Below are positions 41,669 through 54,141 of a stretch of 64,000 bases of DNA, piece by piece (position 1 is the first letter of the stretch; each line of letters opens with the position of its first letter). Origin of the DNA: an uncultured Alphaproteobacteria bacterium (GTDB lineage: Bacteria; Pseudomonadota; Alphaproteobacteria; CACIAM-22H2); assembly GCA_963748455.1 (NCBI GenBank), contig CAVVJD010000014.1, positions 232,139-296,138 of the forward strand, given 5' to 3'. The notes under the pieces were generated by a model. That model was given only the letters and a program-made list of their open reading frames with translations. It was not told the origin of the DNA and searched no databases. Both the position numbers and the translations under genes were made by a program.

Positions 41669-41795
41669 GTCACCCCCACCCTAACCCTCCCCCATCGAGG
41701 GGGAGGGGATTTCTTATTCGTGGTGAGGCTCGCTCTCTCCGCGCCGCGATGCGCTCCTTCCCCCCTTGTGGGGGAAGGTTGGGATGGGGGGTGAC
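41669..41795. repeat. palindromic REP/RIME-like repeat, family A
   Basis: GTCACCCCCACCCTAACCCTCCCCC...GGGGGAGGG...CCTTCCCCC...GGGGGAAGGTTGGGATGGGGGGTGAC. Confidence 0.85.
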
Positions 41796-41815
41796 GCCGG
41801 CGCGCTGTTCGCAAG

Positions 41816-42688
41816 CTAAGCATCATCCGCGGATCGGCGTTGATGCTTGCGATCATCGTCCGCAACCTCGCGCGCGTCCGCGTCATAGACGATGCGCTCG
41901 GCGCCGGAGAGCGCGATGAAGCGGGCACCCTTGGCGCGGCCGATCAGCGTCAGGCCGGCCTTGCGCGCGAGATCCACGCCCCACGCGGTGAAGCCGGAGC
42001 GCGAGATCAGGATCGGGATGCGCATCTGCACGGTCTTGATGACCATCTCGCTGGTAAGCCGGCCGGTGGTATAGAACAGCTTCCCAACCGGAGAGATCTT
42101 GTTGAGGAACATGTAGCCGGCGATCTTGTCGATGGCGTTGTGGCGGCCGACATCCTCCATGTAGATCAGCGGCCGGTCTTCCTCGCACAGCACGCAGCCG
42201 TGGATCGCGCCGGCCTCGAGATAGAGGCTGGGCGCGGTGTTGATCTTCTTGGTCAGGCGATAGAGCCACGACGTCTTGAGCACGGCATCCTTGGGCAGCG
42301 CGATCTCGTCGAATTTCTCCATGAGATCGCCGAACGCCGTGCCCTGCGCGCAGCCGGAGGTGAGCGTCTTCTTCTTGAGCTTCTCCTCGAAATTCGTCTT
42401 GCCCTTGGTGCGCACGACGACGGTGTCGATCTCGGAATCGTGGTCGACGGCGGTGACCTCGTCGCCGGCCTTCAGCATGTTCTGGTTGATGAGATAGCCG
42501 ACGGCCAGGTATTGCGGATAATCGCCGATCGTCATCATGGTGACGATCTCCTGGCCGTTGAGATAGAGCGTCAGCGGCCGCTCGACGACGACCGAGGTCT
42601 CGACCTTCTGGCCGGCCTGGTCGACCCCGCTCACCCGCTGGGTGAGGCGGCTGTCCTGCGGGTCGGGCCTGACGATGAATTCGTCCAT
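41816..42688 (-). CDS. fdhD: formate dehydrogenase accessory sulfurtransferase FdhD
   Basis: ERPLTLYLN, TSGCAQG, GAIHGC, EDVGRHNAIDK, TGRLTSEMVIK. Confidence 0.94.
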   Translation of the reverse strand: MDEFIVRPDPQDSRLTQRVSGVDQAGQKVETSVVVERPLTLYLNGQEIVTMMTIGDYPQYLAVGYLINQNMLKAGDEVTAVDHDSEIDTVVVRTKGKTNFEEKLKKKTLTSGCAQGTAFGDLMEKFDEIALPKDAVLKTSWLYRLTKKINTAPSLYLEAGAIHGCVLCEEDRPLIYMEDVGRHNAIDKIAGYMFLNKISPVGKLFYTTGRLTSEMVIKTVQMRIPILISRSGFTAWGVDLARKAGLTLIGRAKGARFIALSGAERIVYDADAREVADDDRKHQRRSADDA

Positions 42689-42761
42689 GGGCGGACTATG
42701 GGCCCGCCCGGCCGGCCCTCGCAAGTATCCCTGCCCGGACCTGTTCCGGTTGCGGCTCCGG

Positions 42762-42798
42762 CGCAAAACCCGTAAATTTTGCAGAACTCTGCAGAAGA
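42762..42798 (+). promoter_or_regulatory. direct-repeat operator upstream of tupB / fdhD
   Basis: CGCAAAACC-CGTAAATTT-TGCAGAACTC-TGCAGAAGA; 13 of 15 identical to the site upstream of the regulator gene. Confidence 0.55.
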
Positions 42799-42807
42799 AC
42801 GGGTGGT

Positions 42808-43512
42808 ATGGGAGAGATTGCACAAGCCTTTGGCACCGCGTTCGGATTGATTGCGGGGTTCGACCGGCATCTGCTCGGGATCGTCGGCCTGAGCCTGGCG
42901 GTCAGCCTGTCGGCGGTGGTGCTTGCCACCCTGCTCGGGCTGCCGTTGGGGGCAGCGGTCGCGCTGGGACGATTTCCCGGCCGCCAGGGGGCAATCGCCG
43001 TCCTCAACGGCTTCATGGGCCTGCCGCCAGTGGTGGTCGGGCTGTTCGTTTACCTGATGCTGTCGCGCGCGGGACCGCTGGGACCGCTCGGGCTGCTGTT
43101 CACGCCGGGCGCCATGGTGATCGCGCAGGCGATCCTGATCCTGCCGATCATCGCCGCCCTCGCCCGCCAGACCATCGAGGATGCCTGGCACGATTACGAG
43201 GAGCAGCTGCGCTCGCTGGGGGCGGGTCCGCGACGCGCGATGTGGACGCTGCTGTGGGACACGCGCTTCTCCCTGTTCACGGCTGTGCTCGCCGGCTTCG
43301 GACGCGCGAGTGCCGAGGTGGGTGCCGTCATGATCGTCGGCGGCAATATCGACGGCGTCACGCGCGTCATGACCACGACCATCGCGCTCGAGACCAGCAA
43401 GGGCGATCTGCCGCTCGCCCTTGGCCTCGGCGTCATCCTGATTACGCTGGTGATCGCGCTCAATGCGTCTGCCTATGCCGTCAAGGAGACGGCACAGCGG
43501 CGTTACGGCTGA
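42808..43512 (+). CDS. tupB: tungstate ABC transporter permease TupB
   Basis: MGLPPVVVGL, SRAGPLG, AGFGRASAEVGAVMIVGGNI, TRVMTTTIALETSKG. Confidence 0.93.
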   Translation: MGEIAQAFGTAFGLIAGFDRHLLGIVGLSLAVSLSAVVLATLLGLPLGAAVALGRFPGRQGAIAVLNGFMGLPPVVVGLFVYLMLSRAGPLGPLGLLFTPGAMVIAQAILILPIIAALARQTIEDAWHDYEEQLRSLGAGPRRAMWTLLWDTRFSLFTAVLAGFGRASAEVGAVMIVGGNIDGVTRVMTTTIALETSKGDLPLALGLGVILITLVIALNASAYAVKETAQRRYG

Positions 43513-43515
43513 GCG

Positions 43516-44241
43516 ATGCACGCGATCGCCTCGATCCTCCCTCTCTCAGTGCACGAGCTCTCCTTCGCGATCGGGCCGACGACGATCATCGACGGCTTGT
43601 CCTTCGAGCTGCACGCGGGTGCACGCACGATCATTCTCGGCGCAAACGGGGCGGGCAAAAGCATCCTGCTGCGCCTGTGCCACGGATTGCTCAAGCCCAA
43701 AAGTGGCACGATCGCGTGGCGCGGCGGCTATCCGGGGCCGGCACGCAAGCGCCAGGCGATGGTGTTCCAGCGGCCGGTGATGCTGCGCCGCTCGGCCTAC
43801 GCCAATCTCGACTACGCGCTCAAGCTCACCGGCATGGCGCGCGACAAGCGCGAGCTGCGAGTCCGCGCCGCCCTCGACAAGGTCGGCCTCGCCACCCTCG
43901 CCGACCGTTCGGCGCGCGTGCTCTCCGGCGGTGAGCAGCAGCGCCTGGCGCTCGCGCGCGCCTGGGCGCTGCAGCCGGAGGTGCTGTTCCTCGACGAGCC
44001 CACCGCCAGCCTCGATCCCACTGCGACGCGCGCGGTCGAGGAGATCATCGCCGCGATCCATGCCGACGGCACAAAGATCGTCATGACCACGCACAATCTC
44101 GGCCAGGCGCGCCGCCTGGGCGACGAGATCCTGTTCCTGCATCGCGGCCGGCTGATCGAGACGGCACCGGTCGAACGCTTTTTCAACAATCCCGCCACGC
44201 CAGAAGCGGCGGCCTTCATCAAGGGAGAATTGCCATGGTAA
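43516..44241 (+). CDS. tupC: tungstate ABC transporter ATPase TupC
   Basis: GANGAGKS, MVFQRP, LSGGEQQR, FLDEPT; between tupB and tupA. Confidence 0.88.
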   Translation: MHAIASILPLSVHELSFAIGPTTIIDGLSFELHAGARTIILGANGAGKSILLRLCHGLLKPKSGTIAWRGGYPGPARKRQAMVFQRPVMLRRSAYANLDYALKLTGMARDKRELRVRAALDKVGLATLADRSARVLSGGEQQRLALARAWALQPEVLFLDEPTASLDPTATRAVEEIIAAIHADGTKIVMTTHNLGQARRLGDEILFLHRGRLIETAPVERFFNNPATPEAAAFIKGELPW

Positions 44242-45068
44242 TGCGACGCGCCCTCCTCTCGCTTGCGGCGCTGAGCGCGCTGGCGCTGGCTTTGCCGGCC
44301 CAGGCGCAGGACAAGTTCATCACCGTGGCCTCGACCACATCGACCGAGCAATCGGGGCTGTTCGGGTACTTGCTGCCGATCTTCAAGGAGAAGACCGGCA
44401 TCGAGGTGCGCGTGGTGGCGCAAGGGACCGGCCAGGCTCTGCAGACCGGCGCCAAGGGCGATGCCGATGTCGTGTTCGTGCACGACACGGTGGCCGAAGA
44501 GAAATTCATGGCCGAGGGGTTCGGCGTCGACCGGCGCGAGGTCATGTACAACGACTTCGTCATCGTCGGACCGAAATCCGACCCCGCCAAGGTCATGGGC
44601 AGCAAGGACACCGTGGCCTCGCTCAAGAAGATCGCCGAGGTCAAGGCGCCGTTCGCATCGCGCGGTGACAAGAGCGGCACGCATGCGGCCGAGCTGCGGC
44701 TGTGGCAGATCGCCGGCACCGACCCGACGACCGGCAAGGGCTCATGGTATCGCGAGACGGGCTCCGGCATGGGGCCGACGCTCAATACCTCGTCGGCGAT
44801 GAACGCCTATGCGCTGACCGACCGCGGCACCTGGCTCAATTTCAAGAATCGCGGCGACCTCGTCATCGCCGTCGAGGGCGACAAGCGACTGTTCAACCAG
44901 TACGGCGTGATGCTGGCGAACCCCGCCAAGCATCCACATGTGAAGAAGGAGATGGGCCAGGCCTTCATCGACTGGGTCACATCACCCGAGGGCCAGCGCG
45001 CCATCGCCGGCTACAAGATCAACGGCGAGCAGCTCTTCTTCCCGAACTATCGTAAGGCGGCGTCGTGA
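44235..45068 (+). CDS. tupA: tungstate-binding protein TupA
   Basis: ASTTSTEQSGL, GTGQAL, DVVFVH, MYNDFVIVGP, FASRGDKSGTH, LTDRGTW. Confidence 0.93.
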   Translation: MVMRRALLSLAALSALALALPAQAQDKFITVASTTSTEQSGLFGYLLPIFKEKTGIEVRVVAQGTGQALQTGAKGDADVVFVHDTVAEEKFMAEGFGVDRREVMYNDFVIVGPKSDPAKVMGSKDTVASLKKIAEVKAPFASRGDKSGTHAAELRLWQIAGTDPTTGKGSWYRETGSGMGPTLNTSSAMNAYALTDRGTWLNFKNRGDLVIAVEGDKRLFNQYGVMLANPAKHPHVKKEMGQAFIDWVTSPEGQRAIAGYKINGEQLFFPNYRKAAS

Positions 45069-45075
45069 GGCTTCC

Positions 45076-45879
45076 ATGCGCACACTGATCGTCGCGGCCG
45101 CCATGACGGCGTTCGCCATAGCCGCGCAGGCGCAAGAGCCGGTGCGCCTGTATGCGGCTGGCAGCCTGACCGCGGCGCTGACGGAGGCCAGCGAGGCGTT
45201 CACGCACGAGAGCGGCATCAAGGTCGCCCGCACGTTCGGTGCCTCGGGCCTGTTGCGCGAGCGCATCGAAACGGGCGAGACGGCGGAGGTTTTTGCCTCC
45301 GCCAACATGGATCACCCGGCCACTCTCGCCAAAGCCGGCAAGGCAGCGCCGGCGGTGTTGTTCGCGCGCAACCGGCTCTGCGCGATCAGTATGCCGGAGG
45401 CCGGTGTGACCGCCGCCAACCTGCTCAACCGCATTCTCGATCCGGCCGTGAAGCTCGGCACTTCGACGCCGAAAGCCGACCCTTCAGGCGACTATGCCTG
45501 GGCGGTGTTCGAGAAGGCGGAGAAGCTGCGCCCCGGCAGCTTCAAAGCGCTCGACGCCAAGGCGCTGCAGCTGGTGGGCGGCCCCAATTCGGCGCCGCCG
45601 CCGCCGGGGCGCAATGCCTATGCGGCGCTCATTTCCGCGGGCAAGGCGGATGTCTTCCTGGGCTATTGCACCAACGCCGTGCTGGTGCGCAAAGAACTGC
45701 CGAGCGCCCAGATCATCGACCTGCCCGAGGCCCTGGCAGTGGGCGCCGATTACGGTCTCACGATTTTGAACAATGCGCGGCCTGAAGCAACGCGGCTGGC
45801 GATGTATATTCTCTCGCCGGCCGGACAGGCGATCCTCGCCCGCCACGGGTTCTCGGCGCCGGGCCTGCCCGGCTCGTGA
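45076..45879 (+). CDS. modA: molybdate-binding protein ModA-like
   Basis: LYAAGSL, FGASGLLRERIE, FASANM, FARNRL, STPKADPSGDYA, VGADYG. Confidence 0.88.
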   Translation: MRTLIVAAAMTAFAIAAQAQEPVRLYAAGSLTAALTEASEAFTHESGIKVARTFGASGLLRERIETGETAEVFASANMDHPATLAKAGKAAPAVLFARNRLCAISMPEAGVTAANLLNRILDPAVKLGTSTPKADPSGDYAWAVFEKAEKLRPGSFKALDAKALQLVGGPNSAPPPPGRNAYAALISAGKADVFLGYCTNAVLVRKELPSAQIIDLPEALAVGADYGLTILNNARPEATRLAMYILSPAGQAILARHGFSAPGLPGS

Positions 45880-45892
45880 CGACGGAGGCCCC

Positions 45893-46100
45893 ATGAAGCT
45901 CAGCGCGCGCAACGTACTCAAGGGCAAGGTCATCGCGGTCAAGCGTGGCAAGACGACCGCGCATGTGAAGATCGATATCGGGCGCGGCAGCGTGCGTCAC
46001 CTCGTCGATCACGGTCGAGGCGCTGGACGAGCTGAAACTGAAACGCGGCGACACCGCCTACGCCATCATCAAGGCGTCCGACGTCATCGTCGGGAAATGA
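45893..46100 (+). CDS. mop: molbindin Mop (single TOBE domain); one indel
   Basis: GGAGG RBS; MKLSARNVLKGKV...TSSITVEALDELKL...AYAIIKASDVIVGK-stop. Confidence 0.9.
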
Positions 46101-47128
46101 ATCGCCTCAACCGCCTTGCCGCCCTGCTGGTGGCGTTGATCGCGCTGCCGGCGGCGGCGCAGACGCTCACCGATGCCGCCGGGCGCCAGGTGACGCTGCC
46201 GGCCAAGGTGGAACGCGTGTTCGCGGCGGGGCCGCCGGCCAGCATCTTTCTCTACACATTGGCGCCGGACAAAATGACGGGCTGGAACCGCGCGCCCACA
46301 CAGGAAGAGCGTGCCTTTATCCCACCGCGCTACGCCGATTTGCCGGTCACCGGCCGGCTGACCGGGCGCGGCAACACAGCCAATGTCGAAGTCGTGCTGC
46401 AGCTCAAGCCCGATCTCATCTTCGATTACGGCACGGTCAACCCGACCTATGCGTCGCTCGCCGACCGCACGCAGACGCAGACCAATATTCCGTTCGCCCT
46501 GATCGACGGTTCGTTCGCGGAGATCGAGAACTCCTATGTGCTGCTGGGCAATATGCTCGGCGAACAGGCGCGCGCGGCGAAGCTCGCGGCCTATGTGCAC
46601 GACACGCTCACCGAGATCAGTAAGCGCGTCGCCGCCGTGCCGGTGGAGCGCCGGCCACGGGTCTATTACGCGCGAGGGCCGCGCGGGCTGGAAACCGGGC
46701 TGGGCGGCTCGATCAATGTCGAGAGCATCGAATATATGGGGGCGACGAACGTCGCGGCGGCAATGGGGCGCGGCGGGCTTGCCAATGTCTCGATGGAACA
46801 GATCCTGGCGTGGAATCCGGACGTGGTGGTGACGCTCGACGAGAGCTTCCAGCGTTTCGCGCTGAGCGATCCGTTGTGGAAGGGAGTCGGTGCCGTGCAG
46901 GGCAAGCGCGTGCACGTCGCCCCGTCCCTGCCCTTCGGCTGGATCAACTCGCCGCCGTCAGTCAATCGCATCATCGGGCTGCGTTGGCTCGCACGCGTGC
47001 TCTATCCTGATCTGTTCCCCGAGGATCTGCGGCCGATCGCGCGCGAGTTTTATGCGCTGTTTTATCATCAGACGCCGAGCGAGGCACAGCTCGACCAGCT
47101 TCTGGGCGATGTCGCCGCGCTGAAATAA
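46097..47128 (+). CDS. type II ABC substrate-binding protein (FecB/BtuF fold, MolA-like)
   Basis: Signal peptide, TDAAGRQVTLP, AAGPPA, LKPDLI, SMEQILAWNPD, PFGWINSPPSVNR. Confidence 0.85.
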   Translation: MNRLNRLAALLVALIALPAAAQTLTDAAGRQVTLPAKVERVFAAGPPASIFLYTLAPDKMTGWNRAPTQEERAFIPPRYADLPVTGRLTGRGNTANVEVVLQLKPDLIFDYGTVNPTYASLADRTQTQTNIPFALIDGSFAEIENSYVLLGNMLGEQARAAKLAAYVHDTLTEISKRVAAVPVERRPRVYYARGPRGLETGLGGSINVESIEYMGATNVAAAMGRGGLANVSMEQILAWNPDVVVTLDESFQRFALSDPLWKGVGAVQGKRVHVAPSLPFGWINSPPSVNRIIGLRWLARVLYPDLFPEDLRPIAREFYALFYHQTPSEAQLDQLLGDVAALK

Positions 47129-48141
47129 TGCGCCTCTCCGCCGGCCTCGTCTTCCTCATCGCCTGCGCCGGTTTGATCGCGCTGGCGCTGCTCGCGTTCT
47201 CAATCGGCCGCTATCCCGTCTCCCCAGGCGACACGTTCACCGTGTTGTGGTCAGCATTGACCAACGGCACGCATGGCCGTGCGGCCAATGTCGAGGCGGT
47301 GGTCCTCAACATCCGCCTGCCGCGCATCGCCGCCGCCTTGCTGGTGGGTGCGGCCCTGGCCGGGGCCGGCAGCGCCTATCAAGGCCTGTTTCGCAATCCG
47401 CTGGTCTCGCCCGATATCCTGGGCGTCTCGTCGGGGGCGGCGTTGGGCGCCGTCATCGGCATTTTCCTGTCGCTCGACGTCTATGCGATCCAGGCTTGCG
47501 CGTTTGCCGGCGGGCTCGCCGCGGTGGCGCTGGTCTACGCGATCGGCAGTGCGGCCAAGGGGCGCGATCCACTGCTGGCGCTAGTGCTGGCGGGCGTGGT
47601 GATCAGCGCCTTGTTCGGGGCCGGCGTGTCGCTGCTCAAATACTTGGCCGATCCCTACAACCAGCTCCCCGCCATCACTTTCTGGCTGCTCGGCAGCCTC
47701 GCCAGCACCAACCGCGCCGATATCGGGTCCGCCGCGCCCCTGGTGCTCGTCGGGCTCGTACCATTGGTGCTGCTGCGCTGGCGCATGAATTTGATGTCGC
47801 TGGACGACGAGGAGGCGCGCGCGCTGGGCGTGCCGACGGGCGTGCTGCGCTTCGTGATTGTTGCCGCCGCGACGCTGATGACCGCCGCCGTGGTGTCGAT
47901 CAGCGGCATCATCGGCTGGGTCGGCCTCGTCATCCCGCATGCCGCGCGCTTCCTGGTCGGGCCCAATTTCGCGCGGCTGCTGCCGGCCTCGATGCTGCTC
48001 GGCGCGGGCTATCTGCTCGCCATCGACACACTGGCGCGCAGCTTGGCCGCGATCGAGATTCCGCTGGGCGTGCTGACGGCGGTGGTCGGCACGCCGTTCT
48101 TCCTGTGGATCCTCGCCGGCGTGCGGCGGAGCTGGCAATGA
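47128..48141 (+). CDS. FecCD-family ABC permease (MolB-like)
   Basis: IRLPRI, QGLFRNPLVSPDILGVSSGA, GIIGWVGLVIPH, EIPLGVLT. Confidence 0.92.
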   Translation: MRLSAGLVFLIACAGLIALALLAFSIGRYPVSPGDTFTVLWSALTNGTHGRAANVEAVVLNIRLPRIAAALLVGAALAGAGSAYQGLFRNPLVSPDILGVSSGAALGAVIGIFLSLDVYAIQACAFAGGLAAVALVYAIGSAAKGRDPLLALVLAGVVISALFGAGVSLLKYLADPYNQLPAITFWLLGSLASTNRADIGSAAPLVLVGLVPLVLLRWRMNLMSLDDEEARALGVPTGVLRFVIVAAATLMTAAVVSISGIIGWVGLVIPHAARFLVGPNFARLLPASMLLGAGYLLAIDTLARSLAAIEIPLGVLTAVVGTPFFLWILAGVRRSWQ

Positions 48142-48935
48142 GCCTCGCCGTCAACGACCTCGCCTTCGGCTATCCCGGCAAGCGCGTGGGCCACGCCGTC
48201 AGCTTCGCGCTTCAGCCGGGCGAAATCCTCGCGATCCTCGGTCCCAATGGCGGCGGCAAGACGACGTTGTTCCGCACCATCCTCGGCCTGCTCAGCCCGA
48301 TGGGCGGCCAGGTCGCCATCGACGGCACGGACATCACGCAGCTTTCGCGCACGGCGCTCGCCAAGCGCATCGGCTACGTGCCGCAGGCGCAGCTCGGGCT
48401 GTTCCCGTTCCAGGTCGAAGATGTGGTGGTGATGGGCCGCACCGCCCATGTCGGATTGTTCGCAACGCCGTCGCGTCATGATCGCGCGGTCGCGCGCGCG
48501 ATGCTGGAGACGCTCGGCATCGCGCATCTGGCGACCTCGGTCTACACGCAGATCAGCGGCGGCGAGCGGCAGATGACGCTGATCGCGCGCGCGCTCGCAC
48601 AAGAGCCGCAAATCCTGGTGATGGACGAGCCGACCGCCAATCTCGATTACGGCAACCAGATGCGGGTGCTGCGCCAGGTCGCAGCCCTGGCGCGGCGCGG
48701 CATCGCGATCCTGATGTCGACGCACGATCCCGATCAGGCGTTCCTGTGCGCCGATCGCGCCCTGATGATGCATGGCGGCACCACGCTCAAGCTGGGCGCC
48801 CCGCAGGACGTCATCACCAGCGACTCCCTGCGCCTCGTTTACGATATCGACGTCCAGATCGCGCGGCTGAGCGATTCAGACGGCCGCGCGCGCCATGTCT
48901 GCGTGCCGGCGTTCCAGCCGCGTCAGGCGTTGTAG
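48138..48935 (+). CDS. type II ABC transporter ATPase (MolC-like)
   Basis: GPNGGGKT, IGYVPQ, ISGGERQ, MDEPTANLDYGNQ, STHDPDQA. Confidence 0.92.
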   Translation: MSLAVNDLAFGYPGKRVGHAVSFALQPGEILAILGPNGGGKTTLFRTILGLLSPMGGQVAIDGTDITQLSRTALAKRIGYVPQAQLGLFPFQVEDVVVMGRTAHVGLFATPSRHDRAVARAMLETLGIAHLATSVYTQISGGERQMTLIARALAQEPQILVMDEPTANLDYGNQMRVLRQVAALARRGIAILMSTHDPDQAFLCADRALMMHGGTTLKLGAPQDVITSDSLRLVYDIDVQIARLSDSDGRARHVCVPAFQPRQAL

Positions 48936-49807
48936 ACGACGCGACCGAGGCCCGCGACGTCGTAGCCGCCGAGCTCGGCGGCACGCGTGCGAAATGCCTG
49001 TGTGGCGGCGAAGGTGAGCAGCTTCTGCACCGACGGCTCGAAATAATCGCGGCGGTGCATGACCAGGTCGAAGCGCTCGCGCGCCAGCGGCACAAAGTCG
49101 AGGCGGTATTGCTGGGCGACGGCGCGCACGGCGAGACCCGCGTCCGCCTTCCCTTCCATCACCGCGAGGCCGAGGTCGGTCTCGTTGAGGGCGGGTTTGG
49201 GCAGAGTCGCAATCTCGCTCAGCTTGATCCCGGCATCGGCCAGCAGGTGCAGGAGCAGGATCTGCGCCCCGGCCGCGGGCTGGCGGGCGATCAGCCGCAC
49301 CTTGCGCCCGCGCAACGCGGCGATGGACTCGATGCGCAGCGGGTTGTCGGGGGCCACGACCAGCCCCTGCTCGCGCTCCGCCCACGTGATCGCCACGATG
49401 TCGTGGCTGCGCAGGCTCTGGGAGATCGCCGGCACGTTGTAGGCGCCGGTTTCCGAATCGATGACATGCAAGCCCGCCAGCGTCGCCTCGCCGGCAGCCA
49501 GACGTTTGAGGCCGTCGAGACTGCCGCCGGGCATGAGCGCCAGACCGCAACTGGATTCGCGCACGGCCCAGTCGAGCAGCGGATCGTGGCTGCCGGCGAC
49601 CACCGGCGGGGGTGACGATGCAGCACCGGTCTCGGCGAACTCAGTGTTCTGGGCGACCCAACGGTCGACCAGATCGCGGGGGAACAGCCACTTGCCGGTG
49701 ACGCGCGAACAGGGGATCTTGCGTTCGCGCACGAGGTCGTAGACCTTGCGCTCCTTGATGCGCAGATAGTCCGCCACCTCGCGGGTGCTCATCAGCTCGG
49801 TCGCCAT
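48923..49807 (-). CDS. excisionase-type HTH_17 plus PBP-like molybdate/tungstate-sensing regulator (TaoR-like)
   Basis: MSTREVADYLRIKERKVYDLV...GKWLFP; GSHDPLL, GSLDGL, REQGL, LARERFDL. Confidence 0.87.
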   Translation of the reverse strand: MATELMSTREVADYLRIKERKVYDLVRERKIPCSRVTGKWLFPRDLVDRWVAQNTEFAETGAASSPPPVVAGSHDPLLDWAVRESSCGLALMPGGSLDGLKRLAAGEATLAGLHVIDSETGAYNVPAISQSLRSHDIVAITWAEREQGLVVAPDNPLRIESIAALRGRKVRLIARQPAAGAQILLLHLLADAGIKLSEIATLPKPALNETDLGLAVMEGKADAGLAVRAVAQQYRLDFVPLARERFDLVMHRRDYFEPSVQKLLTFAATQAFRTRAAELGGYDVAGLGRVVYNA

Positions 49808-49851
49808 GGACGAAAACACGGAAATTATTGACGTTTTTGACTATAGCAGGC

Positions 49852-49866
49852 CTGCAAATTTCTGCA
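49852..49866 (-). promoter_or_regulatory. direct-repeat operator between regulator and moaA
   Basis: TGCAGAAATT-TGCAG on the minus strand. Confidence 0.55.
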
Positions 49867-49994
49867 CAATCATGTTTTGTTTACCGTCGCCGGACAAAGG
49901 GGCGACAGCGCCGGACCGATATGTTTAAGCTGATACATCGCCCGTGGTTGGGGAGCCGCGGGATGCCCATATCAGAACCAACAACCGGCAAGCG

Positions 49995-51020
49995 ATGCAA
50001 CCGACCACCATGATCCAGACCGCGGCGCCGCTGATCGACCCGTTCCAGCGACGGGTGAGCTACTTGCGCGTATCGGTCACCGACCGCTGCGATTTCCGCT
50101 GCGTCTATTGCATGGCGGAGGACATGACCTTCCTGCCGAAGGCGGAAGTCCTGTCGCTGGAGGAGCTCGACCGGCTGTGCAGCGGCTTTGTGAAGCTGGG
50201 CGTGCGCAAGCTGCGGCTGACCGGTGGCGAGCCGCTGGTGCGGCGCGACATCATGAAGCTGTTCCACGCGCTGGGCCGCCATATCGGCACCGGCGACCTC
50301 GACGAGCTCACCGTCACCACCAACGGCAGCCAGCTTCATAAATACGCCCAGGAGCTCTACGCGGCGGGCGTGCGCCGGCTCAACGTGTCCGTCGACACGC
50401 TCGATAGCGCCAAGTTCACCGCGATCACGCGCTGGGGCAAACTCGACCAGGTGAAGGCAGGTCTCGCCGCTGCCAAGGCCGCCGGCCTTGCCGTCAAGAT
50501 CAACACCGTGGCGCTCAAGGGCGTGAACGATGACGAATTCGATCGCCTGATCGCCTGGTGCGGCGACGAGGGCTTCGACCTGACGCTGATCGAAGTCATG
50601 CCGATGGGCGATATCGGGCCGAGCCGGCTCGACCAGTACCTGCCGCTGTCGCTGGTGCGCGCCAAGCTCGCCGAGAAATGGACGCTGGAGGAGACGGACT
50701 ACCGCACCGGCGGACCGGCGCGCTATTTCAACATCCGCGAGACCGGCCGGCGGGTCGGCTTCATCACCCCCCTCACCCACAATTTCTGCGAGCTCTGCAA
50801 CCGGGTGCGTCTCACCTGCACCGGTACGCTCTACATGTGCCTGGGCCAGGACGACGCCGCCGATCTGCGCACGCCGCTGCGTGCCACCGACGACGATCGG
50901 GCGCTTGAAACCGCCATCCGTGCCGCGATCGCCCGCAAGCCCAAGGGCCATGATTTCATCATCGACCGCCGCCATAACGGCCCCGCGGTCGCCCGGCACA
51001 TGAGTGTGACCGGCGGTTAA
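49995..51020 (+). CDS. moaA: GTP 3',8-cyclase MoaA
   Basis: [30 protein letters not shown]-terminal Cys cluster motif, MSVTGG end. Confidence 0.97.
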   Translation: MQPTTMIQTAAPLIDPFQRRVSYLRVSVTDRCDFRCVYCMAEDMTFLPKAEVLSLEELDRLCSGFVKLGVRKLRLTGGEPLVRRDIMKLFHALGRHIGTGDLDELTVTTNGSQLHKYAQELYAAGVRRLNVSVDTLDSAKFTAITRWGKLDQVKAGLAAAKAAGLAVKINTVALKGVNDDEFDRLIAWCGDEGFDLTLIEVMPMGDIGPSRLDQYLPLSLVRAKLAEKWTLEETDYRTGGPARYFNIRETGRRVGFITPLTHNFCELCNRVRLTCTGTLYMCLGQDDAADLRTPLRATDDDRALETAIRAAIARKPKGHDFIIDRRHNGPAVARHMSVTGG

Positions 51021-51034
51021 CATTCCTTGCTTTG

Positions 51035-51050
51035 ATAAGGCTTGGTTAAC
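51035..51050 (+). promoter_or_regulatory. CtrA-box-like site upstream of sensor kinase
   Basis: ATAA-N7-TTAAC, with further TTAAC/CTAAC half-sites at 51017 and 51056. Confidence 0.5.
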
Positions 51051-51166
51051 GTCCGCTAACTGACCCTTTACGTCCGCTTCCTAATATCCCCCCATCGGCG
51101 GCCTGGGCCCCGGGAATGCGCGTGTTCCCGGCCCACGACGCATGGACGGCTACGGACAAAAGGTCA

Positions 51167-54060
<2,894 letters not shown>

Positions 54061-54141
54061 CCCGCCGCCGCGGCGCTGGCGCCCTCGCCGCGCTCGGCTA
54101 TACTGCCGGCCCGCACGCGCCGCCTGGAGGTTCTCCCCCTT

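Noticed and set aside
18005-41795. CRISPR array or IS elements from the repeated palindromes
   Set aside because: Repeats are dispersed, variable, nested hairpins with no regular spacers, cas genes or transposase.
45773-47128. Apparent Mop-SBP fusion (451-aa ORF)
   Set aside because: One indel near 45995 shifts Mop into the SBP frame; Mop has its own stop at 46100 and the SBP has its own ATG and signal peptide at 46097.
49808-49994. Moco/Wco riboswitch upstream of moaA
   Set aside because: No convincing multi-stem structure recognised; a protein-binding repeat explains the region better. Not tested with a covariance model.
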